Shown in pieces: positions 12,801-22,251 of a stretch of DNA of 64,000 bases. This stretch comes from Azolla caroliniana. Taxonomy: Eukaryota > Plantae > Polypodiophyta. Position 1 is the first letter of the stretch, and each line of letters opens with the position of its first letter. Location of the stretch: contig JBHGNT010000008.1 in assembly GCA_043228905.1 (NCBI GenBank), forward strand, positions 14,136,001-14,200,000, given 5' to 3'. Made by a program: the position numbers and the translations under genes. The notes below the pieces were generated by a model that was not told the origin of the DNA, searched no databases, and saw nothing but the letters and a program-made list of their open reading frames with translations.

Positions 12801-12967
12801 TGAGAAAGAGAGAGTTCAAAAGGCGGGGGTTCTCTGTGCGCAAGTTCTCGTCTGATGATCTTGCAGCGTTTCGGTGCTTCTGTGCTCCTGGGTTCGCGAA
12901 AGTAGAGGGTCTCTACGCGCAATGGTTTTTGTCTGTGCATTCTGGCGCCTTTTTCGAGTTTGTGCAT
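9872..12967 (-). CDS. G1 ORF3: extra 3' ORF (conserved N-terminal globular domain, disordered linker, long coiled coil); likely start 12745, ancestral stop probably 9976
   Basis: 1031-aa ORF; homologous to ORF3 of G3 and G2 (YFGEYS..YRT.GG, REIAR, DWP, W..AAEL); late frameshift inferred from the alternative-frame end LDILDEE*. Confidence 0.85.
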   Translation of the reverse strand: MHKLEKGARMHRQKPLRVETLYFREPRSTEAPKRCKIIRRELAHREPPPFELSLSQPHSHHHPSSPPQSDPDTEMDLQTLLEAAKTWLKQHGLEGFLMMMEVPPHKEADKVIKEIDTEVITAEAIRALTGLPEGGILTIDNPTPEQLIRYFGEYSLASKGYRTQGGGDMLFREIARVLHEYDHVYPRPPVMPQNRAGMIIATYEGIKVDWPVLIAYGLCVAIEIVRGKDDKEGRDGRRIWHAVTQWLTLLVPLVQTVQPKKRGRVPDGTPRTASKRQQLLASKASKGKAVDAEQAAVGSGSRKCPTEAQEEPPARPVMVTLRRPVNREVDPLAEKLNAGAQEEEIEEEPTEHLQRRSSTRTVETAGKRSDPQTEGTPAPHTETPTPRKEPKPVQMASETEALAPPATPASPIPPEPERSLQPPSVSQEEAQGEPGQQDGPRAETELQLGATRRDQPSTSEPIYQTFVQAQQGIGSLWLRWISEQIAGAVGYIEAEERAQSERLLVTTEQLETARSRIRCLEKDLDQVTTEMAKIRIQSLVTPVSVQNKEMERPVHINKTPTTETVPARDAAQAQELEELREELAAQEALRSRERELKTAAEVELKKTVENLRRAEESLRKGHQAYDRLKEEKDKVLQEKDKLRKTAETEIERLKEELRQQKDREDWARRQINARLKQKTDDFEHLHRDYKRLETEHKERMAELQQAVDRAATAIADERAENTRRLEEAEKVRMELQRQQQEDKERASIVLQKLQSTYQRQLTHYKVQAEDNVKIIKQMKEERQAAETKSQLGTSRIQFILRAWLNQTKHLIDESSIKWWTKWAQNAAELQLLRADVANRRKEGDDYYTLTSEDFTAIQDELADDFQVLADEQLAQVRQLVAQLDDDRLNAQIQFESYERSRVREEKAWEATTVNLSDEEPSPAEGLPGTSQLETTTTQGATTETPVSEPQMEEQPPQPPTDPPQQTATTTTTTTTTTSKGTIGASRTKHSGHFGRRIARVGCGFDVQGTVPRACHVLPAGKGVQSEKRRAN
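9924..9963 (-). other. G1 tRNA-3'-end-like element at the PPT position
   Basis: Element sense: GTGGATTCGA-CGTACAAGGTACT-GTACCACGGGCGTGCCA, then TG, then the LTR start TGTTACC. Confidence 0.85.
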
Positions 12968-13119
12968 GTCGCGTACTTAAAATAGCATTATGTCCTGTGG
13001 TGGCGCTTTAAATGCCCACTACGTACCTTTTCGCTCCACGCTCTTTCCTCCATTCATTCCTCGCTTTTGCATGATTGTTTTTTTTTTTTTTTTCAGTTTT
13101 TATTATTCTTAGTGTGACG

Positions 13120-15507
13120 TCACATGTCCGTTGGTCCTCCCGGTCCCTTACCGGCCTCATTCTCTTCGGTTCCCGGCTTGCCGTCTCTGCCGTCTTGGTG
13201 GTTGCCGTCGGTCCTTTGCTCAAACGGGTTCTTAGGCATCGGTCCTCTATATGCCTTTAACCGGAATCCGTTAACCCATTTGCCCAGCACTTTGCCGGCA
13301 AGTGTCCCCAACTGGTAGGACCCATTATACTCCCGTGTTAGCCAATATGGTCCGGTCCATCTAAACCTTAGTTTACCCAGCATCTTGCCCATCCGGGTTT
13401 GGAATACTAACACTGGTTTGCCGATTGCGAACATTTTTTCGTTACCTTTCCTGTGCCGGTCGACGAATGCTTTCCGTCGCCGTTGCTCCAATTCTAAATG
13501 TAGGATGCTGGCCAACCGTTGTTCCTCCAGCTCACACAACGATGTCAACCTTATTGTCTCCGACTCCTTCTTGTTCAGCCGTTCTCGTAGTTGGATCCGC
13601 AAGCTAGGTACTTGAAATTCTACCGGCATGACCGCCTCGAGTCCGAACGCTAACCAGAACGGTGTTGTTCGGATGCTCGTTTTGTATGTCGTCCGGTATG
13701 CCCAAAGCGCGCTATGTAGCTTTGTGTCCCAATCCGTCCGGTTCTCGTTGACGATCTTCCGAAGGATGTTCTAGAGCGTCTTGTTTGTTGATTCCGCTAA
13801 TCCGTTCGCTTGTGGATAGTAAGGTGTGCTTCGTTTGTGGACCACGGCATAGAAGGTCGTTAGGCTTTCCACTACTTGTCCGAGAAAGTGCCCCCCTTGG
13901 TCACTTATCAATTCAATGGGGCATCCGTAACGGCACCAGATGTACTCATATAGAAACTTTGCCGTTGACGCAGCGGTGTTATCCCGTAAAGCTTTGGCCT
14001 CCACCCATTTCGTGCAGTAATCCGTAGCAACGATAACATACCGATTACCCGTTCTCATTGCCGGTGGCTTGAACGGTCCTACAAAGTCCAGCCCCCACTT
14101 TTGGAATGGCTTGAGTGGTAGTACCGGTTGGTGTGGCATACGAGCCTGCTCCGTTGGCTGGCCCATTCGCTGGCATAGGTCACATTCTTTTGCGTACCGT
14201 ACCGCATCTCTTAATGTCGTTGGCCACCATAGGCCACTTTGCCATATTTTTCTGGCCGTCGCATCTTCGGCATAGTGACCTCCGGCAACTCCGCAGTGGG
14301 CTTCTCTCAGTATCAGATCCTTTTCATCGCTGCACACCGCCCGTCTCCATATGCCGCCAGCGCCCTTGTGGTACAGTGTGTCTTGCAGTAAGCAGAAATG
14401 TCGGCTTTGTACCGCCAGGCGTTTCCGTTCGTCCCGGTTCAGCTCTTCCGGAGGCAGTCCTGTGCTCAGAAACTGGTGCATATTTGTGAGCCACTTGTCT
14501 TCCTGGGCCACTGTCTCATATGCTGCCGTCTCCGTAGTGACTCGAAACAGCTCCGCATCCGGAAACTCATCCGCTACTCCGTCACCCGTCTCTCCGGACT
14601 CCAATCGACTTAAGTAATCCGCTACGACATGTTGTATACCGGGTCAGTGGAATATTTCAAACTCGAACTCCTGTAACAATAAGGTCCACCGGGCCAATTT
14701 GCCGGTGAGTGACGCCTTGGACACCAGGTAAAGGAGTGCTGAATGATCTACATGGAAGGAAAACTTCCTTCCCAATAAATAGTGCCGAAACTTTGTCATA
14801 CTGTAGATCATTCCTAGAGCTTCCCGTTCCGTTCTGCTTGGGATAGCTTCCGGCTGGCATAGTACACTGGCCCGTACCACTTTGGTTCCGTAAGCTGCAT
14901 CAGTACGCTTCCGATTGCGATGTCGGAGGCGTCCACGAACATGTGAAATTCTTTACTCCAATCTGGAGGTTGTACTATCGGTGCCTGCGACAATAGTACC
15001 TTGAGGGCCTTATACGCCCTATCCTCAGTATCGGTCCACTGGAATGGTGTCCGATGTACGGCGGCATGCAACGGTGTAGCCAAGTCGGCCAAGTATCGGA
15101 GCATCCGGCTGTGCCACTGGATCTGGCCTAAGAACCGGCTTAATGCCTTTGTCGTTGCCGGCGCCGGTGCTTCTAATATGGCTTCCACTTTGTCCGGGTC
15201 GACTGCAATACTTTCCTGGCTCACGATATGTCCTAATAAAGTTCCACTGGACACGCCAAATACACACTTTGCCGGATTCAAGCTTAGCCAGTACGCTCTA
15301 CACTTTTCTAGACAAAGACGGAGGTGCTGAAAATGGTCCTCCTCCCGGCTATAGACGGCGAAATCGTCAAGGAAAACCTGCATAAAAGCCGGTATATATT
15401 CACCAAAGATTTCCATGATGATTCGTTGAAATGTTGCCGGTGCCGTTTTGAGTCCGAACATCATCACCACGGCCACAAACACCCCCCATTCGGTGACGAA
15501 TGCCGTT
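13120..15507 (-). pseudogene. G1 pol 3' part (RT C-terminus, RNase H, integrase with GPY motif)
   Basis: QVFLDDF, FVDASD, WGLDFVGP, SDQG, QANGLAES, RWTGPY; stops and frameshifts; interrupted at DQEKT|AFVTEWG by G2. Confidence 0.95.
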
Positions 15508-15942
15508 TGTTAATCGGCTAATTATAACTACTACCGATACAGAAGAGTGAACGTCGCTACTCAACGTTCTAACAAGGAATTGTGTTTTACGAACGGAATT
15601 ATACTATATTAATCGGTAATTACCGTGATCGTTACTTAGTTATAAATTAGGAAGCTTGCACTTAACAACATAGACAATAGAAAGGATATTCCTAACTTAA
15701 ACTTATATTACTAAATAAAACGACCTTTCTTACAATGCCTTCGGTTCCCTTTTATAGGTATACCGAAGGTCTTTTCTCATCAAGAACTATTCCTACTTAC
15801 TATCAAGAATTACAAAATTATCTAACTAACTTAGTTCTTTTACTGCTGAGTCATTGATCCGAACAGTCGATCCGAACCGACTCCGTTTTCGACGCTTTCC
15901 CACTTGTTCGGTAAAACTGACTGTCCGGGTCCGGGTAACACT

Positions 15943-15982
15943 TGGCACGTCCGTGGGCCAGGACCTTGTCCAACGAACCCAC
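15943..15982 (-). other. G2 tRNA-3'-end-like element at the PPT position
   Basis: Element sense: GTGGGTTCGT-TGGACAAGGTCCT-GGCCCACGGACGTGCCA, then AG, then the LTR start TGTTACC. Confidence 0.85.
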
Positions 15983-15984
15983 GC

Positions 15985-18442
15985 CTATTCCTGTAGCTCT
16001 TCATCCGAATCGTTCAGAATATCAAAAATCGAAGGCTCTTCTGGCCTTGGATGTATTCCCTCTATATCTTCCTCTTCTTCTGTGTCACAGTCGTCATTCG
16101 GAGCAGGTTTTGAATGTTGTGATTCGGTTGGCTGCTCTGGTTCACTTCTTCCAGGAGTTTGAAGACCAGGAGTCTTGCTGGCTCTTTCAGCTTCAATTTT
16201 ATCCAACTGAACGGAAGTGCCTATATCATGTTTGTCGAATTCTTGCATAATACGTTGAATTTCTTCTCTGTAAAATGCCGCAATTTCGTCCATATCTTTC
16301 ATGATATCCTCTTGGATATTGTCAATATCCTTTTGTGCTATTTTAAAAAAACCTGCACCTTGGACCTGACGGCTATTTTTGTCGGCACGCAATAACTATA
16401 ATTCCGCCGCTTGTGCCGTCCATAACTTCCATCCTTGCGCAAGGGATTCATTGATCATTTCCTTTGCTAGGTTTCGATGTTTCCCTATGATGCGCTGCAC
16501 TTTGTCCCTAGTGATGCTTGCGACGAATTGAGCGGCTTGCAACTCTTTCCGTAAATCCGTAATAGTGGCTCGGTTTTCACTTTCAGCCCGCATTAGTTTG
16601 GATTCGACTACATATATGTCCAGCCGCCTTTGTTCTGATATCTTCCGAATTTCGTTTAGTTGTTGTTCGAATGTCGATTTCTCTTTGCTCCATTCCTCCT
16701 GGTGTTCCGTAATTCTTCTGTTGACTTCTTCAAGACTCCGCTCTTTTTCTGTCAATTGACTTTCCTGTGACACTATATACCTTTCGAATTCTTCAATTTG
16801 TTCGGTATATGTATGATTGGCCGTCTTAGCTTCTTCCAGATTTTTCTGTAATTCGTTTATTAATTGATTTTTTTCTTCGAGAACTTTGTATTGGCCATTC
16901 CGAATGGTTTCTATTTGTTTTTCTAATTCTGTAGTTCGAAATACAGCATTGTTGGCCCTTGTTGTTTCTGCTTGTCGTGCTTTCTCAGCATCCTCCAATT
17001 TCTGCTGCCATTCTGACTCCGACGCCATAAGCCGTGCCTGCGTTTCCCATTTGTTTAGACTTTCTTTTAGTTCTTTATTTTCTGCCTGTATGTTACAAAA
17101 CTGATGTTTCAGCACCTCCGCCGATGCTGATACACTTTTGTATCTTTCAACCATATCACTGGCTGCTTTGCGTGCCGTTTCATATTCTTTATGAATTTCG
17201 ACTAGTGCTTCATGTAATGGTGGCATTTCAATAGCCTCCCCTCTATTCTGTGCACTTCTTTTCCGGCCGATTTTCTCTATCTCTGCTTTTTCTTGAGGTT
17301 CCAACACTCCTCGTAAGGCTTTCTGTATCATTATTCGGTCATTATGTTCTTGAGCCAGCCGTTCTGATACTTCTGTCAATCTTTTAGCCAACCATTCAAC
17401 CAGTTCGTATGAAGTTCCGAACTGTAAAATGGCAGCTAAGTCATGTGCTGCTGGTGGAATATCCAAGTACCCATGTGCTTCCCGAATTGCTACTTTTGAA
17501 GATTGGCCTTGTTGAGGTTGTGTCGAAACGCTCTCATTCCCTGGTTTTATTACTTCTGCTACTACAGGCGTATTCGAATTTTCCTTTGTGCGTTGCCTTT
17601 TCGGTGCTGACCCATCACTGTTTTCTGGTTGGAATTGCCTATTAGCCTTTTGTTTAACCCTTGTCCTTCGTCGCATCTTCTCTGGTTGTTGTCGATTTTC
17701 TGTCGGCTGCTGCTTGTTTATCAAATGGTCAACAGTTTCTTGTTCGGCTGCTGGTTGCCTGTTTTCGGAATTCTCTAGTCTTGGTGGTTCCGACTGAGGC
17801 GTATCCGTTTGTATATTATCGGCATGTGCCGATTCTTCCTCTATCCATTCTTCATGTACTACCTGTCGGTGTCTTCGCGGTGCTTGTACTATCGGTGGTC
17901 TTCTTGACTGAACAGGAATTTCCGATTCTTGAATCGGAAACAATACTGATAGCCAACGACCAAAAATTTGCTTCATTGGTTTTCCTGTTTTCACCCCTTG
18001 TAGCTGCTCTCTCAGAGCTTCCCCCGACAATAGTGGCCAGTTGAAATCCTCCTTTTCGTATGCGGCTATGATAAACCCAGCCCTTTTTTTCGGCATACAA
18101 TAAAAACGGGGACTGACAAATCCCACCTCTAGTAAAAATCTAGCCACTTCATGGAAAAACTCATCCCGACCTCCATAAGTCTGATATGCTTTTGCCGAGG
18201 GTGAGTATTCCCCGAAATACGATTGGAGTGCTTTCGATGAAGGTTTTTTTAACTGCCTCAAAGCCTCCTCTTGGCATCTGTAATGCATTTCGTATTTTCT
18301 TTGTGGTGACCTTGGTGATGTCTAACTGTTGTACCAATTCTTCCGCATGCGGATGAGGTTCCGCTTCTGCTACTTTGATGAAACCTTGTAAGTTTCTCTC
18401 ATGAAGCCATAATCGCAGTTCTTCAGACACAGGAATCGGCAT
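15985..18442 (-). pseudogene. G2 ORF3 (coiled-coil extra ORF) with one frameshift and one in-frame stop
   Basis: ORFs 18161-18646, 16396-18288 and 15985-16392 join into a homolog of G1/G3 ORF3 (WLHERNLQGF, YFGEYS, FHEVARFL, NWPLL, WKLWTAQAAEL*LLRAD). Confidence 0.85.
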
Positions 18443-18849
18443 GACTTCTGTGTTTGCTTGTTCTGAATCACTTGTCGATGACGGTTGGAGATCTGCACAG
18501 CTTCTGTAGCGATGAAAATCAGAAAAACAGAGTTTGGGCGAACTAGGGCACGAAGGCCCAGACTGTTTCGATATCTGCACTCGTTTCTGTTGTTTTGGCG
18601 ACACAGACGATACAGAAATATGCTTTAAAGATATTAACTTATGCATTATGACTAAAGAATAGTAATTGCTATTAATGTAGGAATTAATTAGTATTAACTC
18701 TACGTGTAGTGGTTGTACTACTTACTAATAATCATGCAATTCCTCTTTCTATTTATAGTCGATTCAGACTGTTATGGCAAGATTGTATTTCTACATTTGA
18801 CAAGAACTATTGAGTGAGTTAGTTAGTTTTTTTTTTTTTTATTTATTTA

Positions 18850-21800
18850 TTACTCTTCCGTTTGAATAAACGGATTTACCGGCATATCTCCCAAATACGG
18901 TTTAAGCCGGAATCCATTTACCCATTTCGGTAAAACCTCTCCGGTTAATGATCCCAGCTGATACGTACCATTTTTACTATTAATTATCCATACTGGACCT
19001 GTCCATCTATACCGGAGTTTCCCACGCATAAGTCCCATTCTCGTCTGGAATACCAATACCGGTTTCCCAATTTCGAATTGCTCTTCCGATTTCCTTCGAT
19101 GTCGATTTACGAATGCCTTGATTTGTCTCTGCTTGTGTTCTAGTGCTGACATTGATTGAATCCGTTCTTCTTCTAATACTAATAAAGCCTCTTTGCGTAT
19201 CTGGTCCGATTCTATTTCATTTAACTTATTCGTCGCTTGGATACGAAGTGTCGGAATTTGAAATTCGATCGGCATAACGGCTTCAAGTCCGAATGCCATT
19301 CGGAAAGGTGTTGATTTAATGGATGTTTTGTACGAAGTACGATATGCCCATAATGCACTATTTAACTTTTGATCCCAATCAGTACAATTTTCATTCACTA
19401 TCTTCTTTAAAATTGTTTGAATTGTTTTATTTGTCGATTCTGCCAATCCATTAGCTTGGGGATAGTAAGGCGTACTTTTCTTATGAACTACGGCATAGTA
19501 ATTGGTTAATTCGTTAATTAACTTGTTAATAAAATGAGTGCCTTGATCGCTTACCAATTCTATTGGGCAACCGAATCGACACCATATATTTTCATACAGG
19601 AATTTTGCTATGGATGCTGCTGTATTGTCCCTGAGAGCTTTTGCTTCAACCCATTTTGTGCAATAGTCAGTCGCAATTATGATATATCGATTACCGGTTC
19701 TTGCAGCTGCTGGTTTGAATGGGCCAACAAAATCTAAGCCCCATTTCTGAAATGGCTCAAGAGGTAAAACCGGTTGAAAAGGCATTCGATCCTTTTCGGT
19801 CGGTTGCCCCATTCTTTGACACAAATCGCATTTCTTACAGTATTCGTTAGCATCTTTCATCACCGTTGGCCACCATAACCCGCTATTCCATATTTTTCTG
19901 GCTGTTGCTTCTCCTGCATAATGACCGCCAACAATTCCACAATGTGACTCTGTTAATATGGCTGATTTTTCAAATTTCCGTACTGCCCTTCGCCATATTC
20001 CATCCGCTCCTTTATTATACAACATGTCATTAAACAAACAAAAATTTCGACTTCGTACTGCAATTCTTTTTCTTTCATCTGTCGACATGTGTTCGGCCGG
20101 AATTCCTGTTGATAGAAATATCGTCATTTCGGAAATCCATTCATCCTCTTTTTCCTCATTCACTTCTTGTGCTTTTACTGCCTCAACCCGAAATAATTGA
20201 GTATCTGGAAAATCATCTTTAACCCCAACCGCTTCTTCTCCAGACTCAAGCCGACTGAGATAGTTAGCAATCGCGTGCTGTGCTCCTGGTCGATGTATAA
20301 TGTCGAATTCAAACTCTTGAAGCAATAACGTCCATCTGGCTAACTTGCCTGTCAATTCTTGTTTGGAAACTAGATACAGTAGAGCCGAATGATCCACATG
20401 AAATGTAAATTTCTTACCCAAAAGGTAATGTCGAAATTTGTTCACACTATATATCATTCCCAAAGCTTCTCTTTCGGTTGTTGAATAGTTTCTTTCGGCC
20501 GACGAAAGTTTCCTACTCGCATAGTATACCGGCCTATACCAGTTTGGTTCGGATAATTGCATTAAAGCACTGCCTATGGCAATGTCCGACGCATCGACGA
20601 AAACATGAAATGGTTTGTTCCAGTCCGGTGGTTGAACTACCGGAACCTTTGTCAGCATCTTCTTGAGACATTCGTATGCATCTTGTTCTATACTTGTCCA
20701 TATAAAAGGAACTTTGTGTACTGCTGTGTGTAACGGAATAGCAATGTCTGCTAGATATCTCATCATTCTACTGTGCCACCGAATTTGACCCAAAAATCTA
20801 CTTAGAGCTTTAGCATTTGTTGGTGGTGTTGCCTCAATAATTGCTTTAACTTTGTCTGGGTCCACTGCAATCCCTTCTTGACTGACAATATGCCCAAGTA
20901 ACGTACCACTCATTACTCCGAATGCGCATTTGGTTGGATTTAAGCTAAGACGCCCTTTTCGACATTTTTCTAAACATAGCCGTAAATGCTCAAAATGATC
21001 AGCTTTCCGACTATATACCGCAAAATCATCTAAAAACACATGCATGAAAGCTGGAATATATTCCCCGAATATTTCCTGTATTACCCGCTGAAATGTAGCT
21101 GGAGCTGTTTTTAAACCGAACATCATTACTACTGCCACAAAGACACCCCATTCTGTGACGAAAGTTGTCTTTTCCTGATCTTCCGGATTCATCCGTACTT
21201 GGTTGTACCCACTGAACCCATCCAAGAAACTATAAATTTCATGTCCCGCTATTGCATCTAATATCCCATCTGTGAATGGCAACGGAAACGCATCCGTAAT
21301 TGTCGCTGCATTCAATTTTCTGTAATCCACACATACGCGAATTTTCCCATTCTTTTTCGGGACTACTACTATCGGACTCAGCCATGTTGATTTTTTGACA
21401 GGTCGAATAAATCCTACTTTTAAGAGTTTATCGATTTCTTCTTTTACTTTGATAGCATAATTCGGATTCAACCTGTACCTGCGTTGTTGTACTGGCTTTG
21501 CATCTTTATGCAAATTGATTTGATGTTGACAAAAAGCGGGATCCAGACCTTTCATATCGTCAAACGACCATGCAAAAACATCTTTATATTGTAATAGTAA
21601 TGTTGTTAATGTCCGTTTGTCATTTTCCGCCAAATCTCTAGCAATCAAGACTGTTTTTCTTTCAGCATCCTCTACTCCTGCCAAATCGATCTCCTCCAAT
21701 GCTGAGGCTTGCACTCTCTGAGATACCTTCATTTCCTTATCTGTAGCTTCTTGTTGCATTCGTATTTCTTTCATTGTTTGCTCATCTATTGGCACTTCTT

Positions 21801-22251
21801 CGTGTGAGTCTACATATGGTGTTAATGCTTGCAAAATATCTACCTCAAATAGAGGGATGATTTTCTGATTATCATTGAAATACTGACTTTCTTCTTCCTC
21901 GTCCAATCCTTCCATCATATTAACTGCTTTTGCATGTACAGGTAAACTCTGTTTGCTTGTTGTCACTTTGTTGTGCGTCGGAATCCTGACCTTAGTTTTT
22001 CCTTTCCTAAATGTTAGCACATTTTGTTTCCAATTTTGTTTAATATTAGCTGTCTTTAACCATGGTCTCCCCAATAACAAGGGGTATGCTCCCTGTGTTT
22101 CTAACTGCAAAATTACTGCCGAAATCTGAAAACTGTGTCCCCCGATTATTACATCCAGTTGTCGAAGCAAACCAATCGGGCGTACCGTACTTGTATCTGC
22201 CATTCGTAACCAACGGACATGCTTCCCATTCCGTGATTCCCAGTTTTTCAC
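18850..22251 (-). CDS. G2 pol (PR C-terminus, RT, RNase H, integrase); no chromodomain and no extra RNase H
   Basis: 1133-aa ORF: VCVDYRKLN, FLDGFSGYNQ, VFLDDF, DASD, HHCC, D,D-E residues, RWTGP. Confidence 0.96.
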   Translation of the reverse strand: MKNWESRNGKHVRWLRMADTSTVRPIGLLRQLDVIIGGHSFQISAVILQLETQGAYPLLLGRPWLKTANIKQNWKQNVLTFRKGKTKVRIPTHNKVTTSKQSLPVHAKAVNMMEGLDEEEESQYFNDNQKIIPLFEVDILQALTPYVDSHEEVPIDEQTMKEIRMQQEATDKEMKVSQRVQASALEEIDLAGVEDAERKTVLIARDLAENDKRTLTTLLLQYKDVFAWSFDDMKGLDPAFCQHQINLHKDAKPVQQRRYRLNPNYAIKVKEEIDKLLKVGFIRPVKKSTWLSPIVVVPKKNGKIRVCVDYRKLNAATITDAFPLPFTDGILDAIAGHEIYSFLDGFSGYNQVRMNPEDQEKTTFVTEWGVFVAVVMMFGLKTAPATFQRVIQEIFGEYIPAFMHVFLDDFAVYSRKADHFEHLRLCLEKCRKGRLSLNPTKCAFGVMSGTLLGHIVSQEGIAVDPDKVKAIIEATPPTNAKALSRFLGQIRWHSRMMRYLADIAIPLHTAVHKVPFIWTSIEQDAYECLKKMLTKVPVVQPPDWNKPFHVFVDASDIAIGSALMQLSEPNWYRPVYYASRKLSSAERNYSTTEREALGMIYSVNKFRHYLLGKKFTFHVDHSALLYLVSKQELTGKLARWTLLLQEFEFDIIHRPGAQHAIANYLSRLESGEEAVGVKDDFPDTQLFRVEAVKAQEVNEEKEDEWISEMTIFLSTGIPAEHMSTDERKRIAVRSRNFCLFNDMLYNKGADGIWRRAVRKFEKSAILTESHCGIVGGHYAGEATARKIWNSGLWWPTVMKDANEYCKKCDLCQRMGQPTEKDRMPFQPVLPLEPFQKWGLDFVGPFKPAAARTGNRYIIIATDYCTKWVEAKALRDNTAASIAKFLYENIWCRFGCPIELVSDQGTHFINKLINELTNYYAVVHKKSTPYYPQANGLAESTNKTIQTILKKIVNENCTDWDQKLNSALWAYRTSYKTSIKSTPFRMAFGLEAVMPIEFQIPTLRIQATNKLNEIESDQIRKEALLVLEEERIQSMSALEHKQRQIKAFVNRHRRKSEEQFEIGKPVLVFQTRMGLMRGKLRYRWTGPVWIINSKNGTYQLGSLTGEVLPKWVNGFRLKPYLGDMPVNPFIQTEE

